A DNA stretch of 54,872 nt from an uncultured Gammaproteobacteria bacterium (GTDB lineage: Bacteria; Pseudomonadota; Gammaproteobacteria; CAYTUN01), in assembly GCA_964441315.1 (NCBI GenBank), contig CAYTUN010000003.1, forward strand, positions 1 to 54,872, in the 5' to 3' direction. Shown piece by piece: positions 47,934-54,872 of this stretch. The translations under genes and the position numbers were made by a program. Within the stretch, counting starts at the first letter, position 1, and every line of letters starts with the position of its first letter. Under the pieces are notes generated by a model. That model saw only the letters and a list, made by a program, of their open reading frames with translations. It had not been told where the DNA came from and searched no databases.

Positions 47934-48950
47934 TCAAACAGCTTGCAAAGAAGACAAAGGCCAACGCGGCAAAAGCGTCAGCGAATAATCCGCATCAAAT
48001 TTCCCCTGCTGCCAATAACGAAAACCGGTATAGGCCACCATCAATGCATTGTCAGTACAATATTCAATCGGTGGAAAATAAATTTCAGCCATATCAAATT
48101 TGCTCAAACATTCACGCAAATAACTATTCGCCGCAACCCCGCCCGCAACGACTAAACGTTGATAACCCGTGACCTCTAACGCACGCCGCACTTTTGCTAC
48201 CAAACTATCAACAATCGCTTGCTGCACCGCAAACGCTAATTCGGCTTTTAATTCGGATGTCTGAGCAGATTGCTCCCAAGCCAATCGCGTTGCCGTTTTC
48301 AACCCGCTGAAACTAAAATCCAGCGAAACATCATGCTGCATCGGCCGCGGCAAGTGAAATGAAGTGCTAGAAACCGTACTCGCCAACTTAGAAATTTGCA
48401 CCCCACCCGGATAAGGCAGCCCAAGCAACTTGGCACATTTATCAAACGCCTCACCCGCCGCATCATCGCGGGTTTCACCCAATAACTGATATTGACCCAA
48501 CCCCTCCACCGCCAACAACATCGAATGCCCACCCGAAACCAACAGCGTCAAATAAGGATAACGCAAAGCCGGCGCCACATACTCCGCCACCAAAATATGC
48601 GCCTCCAAATGATTCACCCCAATCGCCGGCACTTTGAGCGCATAACTCAAAGCCTTAGCAAAACTCGCCCCCACCATCAAAGCCCCAACCAACCCAGGCC
48701 CCCGCGTATAAGCAATCGCCCCAATCTCCGCCGGCTGAACACTCGCCTTCTCACAAACCTCCAGAAACAGCGGCAACATTTTCTTCACATGATCCCGCGA
48801 AGCCAACTCCGGCACCACCCCCCCAAACGCCCGATGCCGCTCAATCTGCGAATACAGCATATGCGCCAACAAGCCCTTTTCCGCATCATATAACGCGCAA
48901 GCTGTTTCATCGCAGGAGGTTTCGATGCCTAGAATGATTTTCTTCAACAT
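47934..48950 (-). CDS. tsaD: tRNA N6-adenosine threonylcarbamoyltransferase
   Basis: LGIETSCDET, GGVVPELASRDH, NHLEAH, LVSGGH, DDAAGEAFDK, CTDNA; ATG at 48950. Confidence 0.97.
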   Translation of the reverse strand: MLKKIILGIETSCDETACALYDAEKGLLAHMLYSQIERHRAFGGVVPELASRDHVKKMLPLFLEVCEKASVQPAEIGAIAYTRGPGLVGALMVGASFAKALSYALKVPAIGVNHLEAHILVAEYVAPALRYPYLTLLVSGGHSMLLAVEGLGQYQLLGETRDDAAGEAFDKCAKLLGLPYPGGVQISKLASTVSSTSFHLPRPMQHDVSLDFSFSGLKTATRLAWEQSAQTSELKAELAFAVQQAIVDSLVAKVRRALEVTGYQRLVVAGGVAANSYLRECLSKFDMAEIYFPPIEYCTDNALMVAYTGFRYWQQGKFDADYSLTLLPRWPLSSLQAV

Positions 48951-49183
48951 AAATATTTTACTTCGTAAAATCAAAGGGGCTACGATATTTCGTGCTTATC
49001 CTAAATTCAATGCTACCGGTTTATCAATTCATTAAAAATCAAACCCGATTTTTTTTGTTTCATCTTTGATGAAACAGAAGATGCGGACGGCACATGCAGT
49101 AGCGCTAATCCAAACAAAAACACATAATCACCCCCCACTCAAAACCCCTTAATTTCACCCCCATCCCCTCCCAAAAAGTTCGC

Positions 49184-49284
49184 GGATTTGGCATGGGGGG
49201 AATTTGCAGACCGTAAAACACAGGGATGTGTTTTCCGATCACATGGATGTATCTTCGTCTGCAAATTCCCTCCATGCCAAATCC
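49184..49284. repeat. Long inverted-repeat element (family F) between tsaD and rpsU
   Basis: GGATTTGGCATGGGGGGAATTTGCAGAC / GTCTGCAAATTCCCTCCATGCCAAATCC arms enclosing ACAGGGATGT and ACATGGATGT direct repeats. Confidence 0.75.
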
Positions 49285-49399
49285 CGTGGCACCTAACCTC
49301 ATCCCGAACCTCACAGCACCTATCATTGCATCCAGCCATAATTCATATTATTATTCCCGCCTCATTTAAAAAACCTGTTATATAGAGGAAATCGAAAAC

Positions 49400-49675
49400 A
49401 TGCCACACGTGGTAATTAAAGAATCAGAACCCTTCGACGTCGCCCTGCGTAAATTCAAACGCTCCTGCGAAAAAGCCGGAATTCCCACTAAATTACGTCA
49501 AATCGAATATCACGAAAAACCCACCTCCAAACGCAAACGCAAATTTGCCGCCGCCGTTAAACGTTGGCAGAAAAAATTGCAAAAAGACCAGGAAAACTTG
49601 ACCCGCGCACGCGATCAAAGCCGCCGTTTAACGCTGAACGTTAACCTCTATCAAGCTCAAAACAACGATGAGTGA
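49400..49675 (+). CDS. rpsU: 30S ribosomal protein S21 with C-terminal extension
   Basis: [29 protein letters not shown] upstream; rpsU-dnaG-rpoD synteny. Confidence 0.96.
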   Translation: MPHVVIKESEPFDVALRKFKRSCEKAGIPTKLRQIEYHEKPTSKRKRKFAAAVKRWQKKLQKDQENLTRARDQSRRLTLNVNLYQAQNNDE

Positions 49676-50117
49676 TTTAAAAACCCGCGTTGATAACGAT
49701 ATGAAACAAGCGCTTCGGGAAAAAATGACCGAGCGCTTAGGCACGATTCGTTTATTATTAGCGGCGATCAAACAGCGTGAAATCGACGAGCGTATTAAAC
49801 TCGATGACGCTGGCATTATTGCCATCATCGACAAAATGATCAAACAACGCCTTGAATCGATTGAGCAATACACCGCTGCGAAACGCCAAGAACTGGCGGA
49901 TAAAGAGCAAGCTGAAATTAAAGTATTAGAAGAATACTTACCGGCACGTTTAAGCGAAACGGAAATTACGGAAGAAATCAAAGCTGCACTGAAAGCTTGC
50001 GAAGCCCATGAAATGAAAGATATGGGCAAAGTCATGGCTTATTTAAAGCCGAAATTACAGGGACGTGCGGATATGTCAAAAGTAAGTCAATTAATCAAAT
50101 CTCATCTCTCGTCATAA
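49668..50117 (+). CDS. GatB/YqeY domain protein
   Basis: [37 protein letters not shown]. Confidence 0.95.
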   Translation: MSDLKTRVDNDMKQALREKMTERLGTIRLLLAAIKQREIDERIKLDDAGIIAIIDKMIKQRLESIEQYTAAKRQELADKEQAEIKVLEEYLPARLSETEITEEIKAALKACEAHEMKDMGKVMAYLKPKLQGRADMSKVSQLIKSHLSS

Positions 50118-50124
50118 TGATTAA

Positions 50125-51849
50125 ATGGCGCAAATCCCACAGAATTTCATCGATAGCGTTTTAGAAAAAATCGATATTGTCGAATTAATTCGTCCCCGCA
50201 TTCATTTAAAACGCAGCGGTCAAAATTGGTCCGGCCTTTGTCCGTTTCATCAAGAAAAAACGCCGTCTTTTTCCGTGTCAGCCGTTAAACAATTTTTTTA
50301 TTGCTTTGGCTGTCATGCGCATGGCAATGCGATTAAATTTTTAATGCAATATGATCGCTTGAGTTTTATTGATGCGATCACGCAATTAGCCAATCAAGCT
50401 GGCATGGTCATACCTATTAATGAAAACCCCAAAGCAGCTTCTTATAAACCGTTATATCAATTATTAAATCGCTTGACTGATTATTATCAGCAACAATTAA
50501 TCAACAATAAAACCGCTTACGATTACTTAATTCAACGCGGTTTAACTGATGAAATTATTAAACATTATCGCTTAGGCTACGCACCAGACAGTTGGGAATT
50601 GATTCAACGCGAATTAAAATTTAACGCCATTGAAAATAAACAACTCAGCACTTTAGGCATGATTTCCATTTCAAGCAGAGAAACCTATGCCAAAATGCGT
50701 CAACGCGTGATGTTTCCGATACGCAATATTAAAGGCGATGTCATCGCCTTTGGCGGCAGAATTTTAAATAATGCTATTAATCCTAAATATTTAAATTCAC
50801 CGGAAACACCTATATTTCATAAAAGCAACGAATTATATGGATTACACGAATGGCTAAAATCACACAGCAAAGACGATCATTTGATCATCGTAGAAGGCTA
50901 TATGGATGTCATCATGCTAGCGCAACACGGCATTAAAAATGCTGTCGCTACTTTAGGAACCGCAATTGGTCAAAGTCACATCCAAAAAATTTTGCGTTAC
51001 ACGCAAAATATCGTGATTTGTTTTGATGGCGATGAAGCGGGAAAAAAAGCTGCTTGGCGTGCGTTGACATTAATTTTGCCGATCATGCACGATGGCATTT
51101 CGGTAAAATTTGTGACCTTACCGGAAAAACAAGATCCCGATAGTTTTGTTCGCGCGCAAGGTAAAATTGCATTTGAAAATTATGTAAAAAATAGCCAAAC
51201 GATTGAAAATTATTTATTAACGCAATTAAAAACTCAAAATGATATTACTACTATCAGCGGCAAAGCGCGTTTAGCAGAAACGGCGAAAAAATTAATTGCG
51301 CCATTAGCCAATGGCGTATTTAAATCTTTGCTGGAACAACAAATCAGTCAATTTATTGGCGCAGATATTCAAAGTTTTAATACGAGTTTTACCGCTGAAA
51401 AAGCGCAAAGTAAAGCGCCAGCAGTCAGCACAGCGTGCCATCCTTTAGTGGAGCATTTGATCAAGCTCATAGTGCAACAACCTGAAGCAGTTAAGAACAT
51501 TGAATGGCCGGAAGAGCTGGGCTCTTCCGAAAATGGGCTCGCTGGTCTGGAGCTATTGAAAAAAATTATGGAGCAATTACGGCAAAAAGATTTTTCACAT
51601 TTTGGCCAATTATTAGGACATGATGAGGATACTTCTAACGACTGGCTGGCGAAATTAGCTGCGGAAGAGTTGATTTTAAAACCTGAACAAATTGTTGTTG
51701 AAATCACTGAGGCCTTCCAGCGCCTGGTCAAGGTCAATCGAGATCTTGTGATCCAGCAATTACTTGCTAAAGGCAAACGCGAAGCCTTGAATGATGTGGA
51801 AAAAGAAAGTTTACGCAAATTACTGGCAGAGTCCCATATCGTAGTCTAA
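50125..51849 (+). CDS. dnaG: DNA primase
   Basis: CPFHQEKTPSF..CFGC zinc finger, KYLNSPET, VEGYMDV, FDGDEAG, DPD. Confidence 0.98.
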   Translation: MAQIPQNFIDSVLEKIDIVELIRPRIHLKRSGQNWSGLCPFHQEKTPSFSVSAVKQFFYCFGCHAHGNAIKFLMQYDRLSFIDAITQLANQAGMVIPINENPKAASYKPLYQLLNRLTDYYQQQLINNKTAYDYLIQRGLTDEIIKHYRLGYAPDSWELIQRELKFNAIENKQLSTLGMISISSRETYAKMRQRVMFPIRNIKGDVIAFGGRILNNAINPKYLNSPETPIFHKSNELYGLHEWLKSHSKDDHLIIVEGYMDVIMLAQHGIKNAVATLGTAIGQSHIQKILRYTQNIVICFDGDEAGKKAAWRALTLILPIMHDGISVKFVTLPEKQDPDSFVRAQGKIAFENYVKNSQTIENYLLTQLKTQNDITTISGKARLAETAKKLIAPLANGVFKSLLEQQISQFIGADIQSFNTSFTAEKAQSKAPAVSTACHPLVEHLIKLIVQQPEAVKNIEWPEELGSSENGLAGLELLKKIMEQLRQKDFSHFGQLLGHDEDTSNDWLAKLAAEELILKPEQIVVEITEAFQRLVKVNRDLVIQQLLAKGKREALNDVEKESLRKLLAESHIVV

Positions 51850-51896
51850 ACTTACAAAAAGATTTTGTTTAAAATTTAAGCAGCGGAGAAAAATGC

Positions 51897-53915
51897 ATGA
51901 GCGCAAATGAAAAACCTAAATCAGCACCCATCAATGATAACCAACAGCTTGATCCCATCACACGTCTAAGAGAAATCAATAAAACCAAGGGCTTTGTCAA
52001 CTTTGCTGATTTAAGTGACTGCTTGCCTGCCGAAGCCCTGGCAGATGAGCGCTTGGAAGACGTTATCAGCTGGCTCGAAAATGAATTAGGCATCCGTTAT
52101 CTCAGCGATGAAGATAGCGTTGGCGGCACGATTGACAATGAAGAATTCCCGGGCTCTGAAGAAGTGGCTGTCGCTCCTGACACCGTGGACGAAGAAGAAG
52201 CCGTATTGGCCAGCCTTAATACTGAATTTGGCCGCACCACTGATCCGGTCAGAATGTACATGCGTGAAATGGGCAGCGTCGAGCTCTTGACTCGTGCTGG
52301 TGAAATTGAAATCGCTAAACGTATTGAGGAAGGCACCAAACTCATGCTTGCCGCCCTCTCCCAATATCCCGGTGTAGCAGAAATTATTCTGGACGAATAC
52401 AAAAAAATCGATACCGAAGAAAGACGCTTGACCGATATCATCAGTGGTTTTATTGAAGATGATGATGATAGCAAATTGCCATTGGTAGAAGAGGAGGAAA
52501 CTCCAGCGGATGTCATAGCAGTTGAGGCAATCACTGATCCGGATGCAGTCGCTATTGAGGAAGAGGTTGCTGCAAGTGATGAAGACGATGGCGATGGAGC
52601 CTCTAGCAAAAGCGGTGAAAGCGAGGAAGAAGAAAAAGAAGGCGCTGATGGTGACGGCGAAGGTGGCGATGAAGGCGGCATTATGGACACCGGACCTGAT
52701 CCGTTAATCGCTGCGGAGAAATTCAATCGCTTACAAGAAGCTTATGAAAAATATTTAAAACTCAAAGCCAAACATGGCAAAAAACATAAAAATACTGAAG
52801 CACAATTAAAAATTCTTGCTGATATTTTCCAGGAATTTAAATTAGCAGCAAAACAATTCAACCGCTTAGCCAAAGTATTGCGCGATATGGCAACCGAAGT
52901 GCGCGATATTGAACGCGAAATTATGGATATTTGCATCAACCGCGCAAAAACCCCTCGCAAAGATTTTATTGCATCATTTCCTAATCATGAAACTGATCCC
53001 AAATGGTTTGACGCTTATATCGAAAAACATCCTGCACAAAAAGCAGCCCTAGAAGCCTGCCGTTCTGACATTGAATATGCGCAAAAACGCTTAATGCAAA
53101 TTGAAGAACAAAGTGATTTAAATATCGCTGAAATGAAAGAAATTAATCGCCGCATGTCGATTGGCGAATCCAAAGCCAGACGCGCCAAAAAAGAAATGAT
53201 TGAAGCGAATTTACGTTTGGTAATTTCGATTGCGAAAAAATACACCAATCGCGGTTTGCAATTTTTGGATTTAATTCAGGAAGGCAATATTGGTTTGATG
53301 AAAGCCGTCGACAAATTTGAATATCGCCGCGGTTATAAATTTTCAACCTATGCGACTTGGTGGATTCGTCAAGCGATCACGCGTTCGATTGCCGACCAGG
53401 CAAGAACGATTCGTATCCCTGTCCATATGATTGAAACCATCAACAAACTCAATCGCATTTCCCGCCAAATTCTGCAAGAAACCGGTATCGAACCGACACC
53501 GGAAGAACTCAGCAAATTAATGGACATGAGCGAAGACAAAATTCGCAAAGTGCTCAAAGCCGCCAAAGGTCCGATTTCGATGGAGACGCCGGTGGGCGAT
53601 GATGAAGATTCGCATCTGGGTGACTTTATCGAAGACACCAATATGCTATCGCCGCTCGAAGAAGCAACCATTGCAGGCTTGAAAGAAGCGACTCACGACA
53701 TTCTGGCTTCATTGACCGAACGTGAAGCAAAAGTATTGCGCATGCGCTTTGGTATCGATATGAATACCGACCATACGCTGGAAGAAGTCGGCAAGCAATT
53801 TGATGTGACACGTGAGCGGATTCGTCAGATTGAAGCGAAAGCGTTGCGTAAATTGCGTCATCCGTCACGTTCGGAGAAGTTAATTAGCTTTTTAGAGGAA
53901 GATCGGGAAGGTTAG
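51897..53915 (+). CDS. rpoD: RNA polymerase sigma-70 factor
   Basis: [59 protein letters not shown]. Confidence 0.99.
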   Translation: MSANEKPKSAPINDNQQLDPITRLREINKTKGFVNFADLSDCLPAEALADERLEDVISWLENELGIRYLSDEDSVGGTIDNEEFPGSEEVAVAPDTVDEEEAVLASLNTEFGRTTDPVRMYMREMGSVELLTRAGEIEIAKRIEEGTKLMLAALSQYPGVAEIILDEYKKIDTEERRLTDIISGFIEDDDDSKLPLVEEEETPADVIAVEAITDPDAVAIEEEVAASDEDDGDGASSKSGESEEEEKEGADGDGEGGDEGGIMDTGPDPLIAAEKFNRLQEAYEKYLKLKAKHGKKHKNTEAQLKILADIFQEFKLAAKQFNRLAKVLRDMATEVRDIEREIMDICINRAKTPRKDFIASFPNHETDPKWFDAYIEKHPAQKAALEACRSDIEYAQKRLMQIEEQSDLNIAEMKEINRRMSIGESKARRAKKEMIEANLRLVISIAKKYTNRGLQFLDLIQEGNIGLMKAVDKFEYRRGYKFSTYATWWIRQAITRSIADQARTIRIPVHMIETINKLNRISRQILQETGIEPTPEELSKLMDMSEDKIRKVLKAAKGPISMETPVGDDEDSHLGDFIEDTNMLSPLEEATIAGLKEATHDILASLTEREAKVLRMRFGIDMNTDHTLEEVGKQFDVTRERIRQIEAKALRKLRHPSRSEKLISFLEEDREG

Positions 53916-53986
53916 TTGGGTTAGACAAATGCAAGCTATATCGGGGCCTGGTGATCATAAGCTTAAAATTTTATTGTCCCCTGGCC

Positions 53987-54872
53987 CTATAACATTCGTT
54001 CAAATGCATCCGTAGAGTATTGTTGATCATCAGCTAACAAAGAAGCATTTTCCTCTTGATTACCCCCACGCTTGCAGCTAAAAAGTGTCGAAGAACATTG
54101 CCTCAAATGGCTTGTAATCTGGGAATATTTGCCGCCATACTTCCTCTCCACCAATATACCTACAGCGCCACTTAATGCATTAAAAATCGCCACAGTAAAA
54201 GCCAAACTTAACATAGTGGGATATTTTCCAAATTCCAGCACAGAAGCCCCTAAAACAAATGCCACTTGCCACATTGCACCGCCACTTGATCCAATCAATA
54301 AGGCATAAAATAAAAGGATAAATTGAAGTCCAGCTGCTTTTATAGGATTTTTCCATTGTTTCCTAACTTCCGGGTCAACAACAAAATTACCTATGGCATT
54401 GATAATCATTTGTGTTGGTCCTTCAGCCAGCCCAGGAGCCCAAGCCGAACACAGCGCATTACGAATATCACCTTTACCGCTTGACTCACATACTTTCTGG
54501 CCCGCTTCCTGCGCCAAGTTCCAAGGATAAATCGCAGCTAAAGCAGCTAACGATGCGAAAAACACCCTTGCAGAGAGATTTCTTAAATTGGTTTTTCCAT
54601 AGCCAGGCAAGAAGTAATTTTTAGCAGCCGCAATACCGATAATTCCAATACCTGCAACAGTCAGGTTGATAAAAGCATGTATGAGCTGAGCAAACTGCTG
54701 ACTAGGAATATCGTCGGTTTTTCTATAGTCAAGACCAACTTGATCATAACTATCACCGGCCCACCCAAAATCCCGAAGGAAATTTATCAGTAATACTAGC
54801 CATTGGGCTACAAGGTAAATCATGAGTAAATCAGCAAAATATTCGCTCTTCGACCCGACTAAAGAGATGGCT
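53987..54872 (-). CDS. Hypothetical multi-pass membrane protein, probably 5'-truncated by the window edge
   Basis: Several hydrophobic segments; the frame stays open upstream of ATG 54823 to the window end. Confidence 0.7.
   Translation of the reverse strand, partial: AISLVGSKSEYFADLLMIYLVAQWLVLLINFLRDFGWAGDSYDQVGLDYRKTDDIPSQQFAQLIHAFINLTVAGIGIIGIAAAKNYFLPGYGKTNLRNLSARVFFASLAALAAIYPWNLAQEAGQKVCESSGKGDIRNALCSAWAPGLAEGPTQMIINAIGNFVVDPEVRKQWKNPIKAAGLQFILLFYALLIGSSGGAMWQVAFVLGASVLEFGKYPTMLSLAFTVAIFNALSGAVGILVERKYGGKYSQITSHLRQCSSTLFSCKRGGNQEENASLLADDQQYSTDAFERML

Noticed and set aside
52097..52726. 209-aa Ser-rich ORF and other long antisense ORFs (13903, 34612, 43825, 48492, 49628, 51369)
   Set aside because: Shadows of well-supported genes; the Ser run mirrors the acidic region of RpoD.

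Overview
AT-rich gammaproteobacterial chromosomal segment, probably from a Legionellales/Coxiellales-like host-associated lineage (inferred from gene content, not from a marker analysis). The conserved backbone is: yajQ, tRNA-Ser(CGA), purC, two BamC-like lipoproteins, dapA, gcvR-bcp, tRNA-Arg(CCT), fumC, an interrupted nnr-tsaE-amiB-mutL-miaA operon, phhAB, pncA and pncB, ugpBAEC, an OPT transporter, orn, plsY, tsaD and rpsU-yqeY-dnaG-rpoD. Accessory genes are slotted between these: large orphan effector-like ORFs (one F-box-like), a HEPN/MNT toxin-antitoxin pair, two stand-alone ATPase-(wHTH)-nuclease genes with operator-like inverted repeats upstream, and a three-gene module of small HTH protein, divergent S-adenosylhomocysteine-hydrolase-like enzyme and a 450-aa unknown protein. 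That module is the best candidate for an undescribed system. Intergenic DNA carries at least six families of REP/REPIN/MITE-like palindromic repeats, and no transposase is encoded in the window. All calls were made by eye from the sequence and ORF track; no database searches were run.
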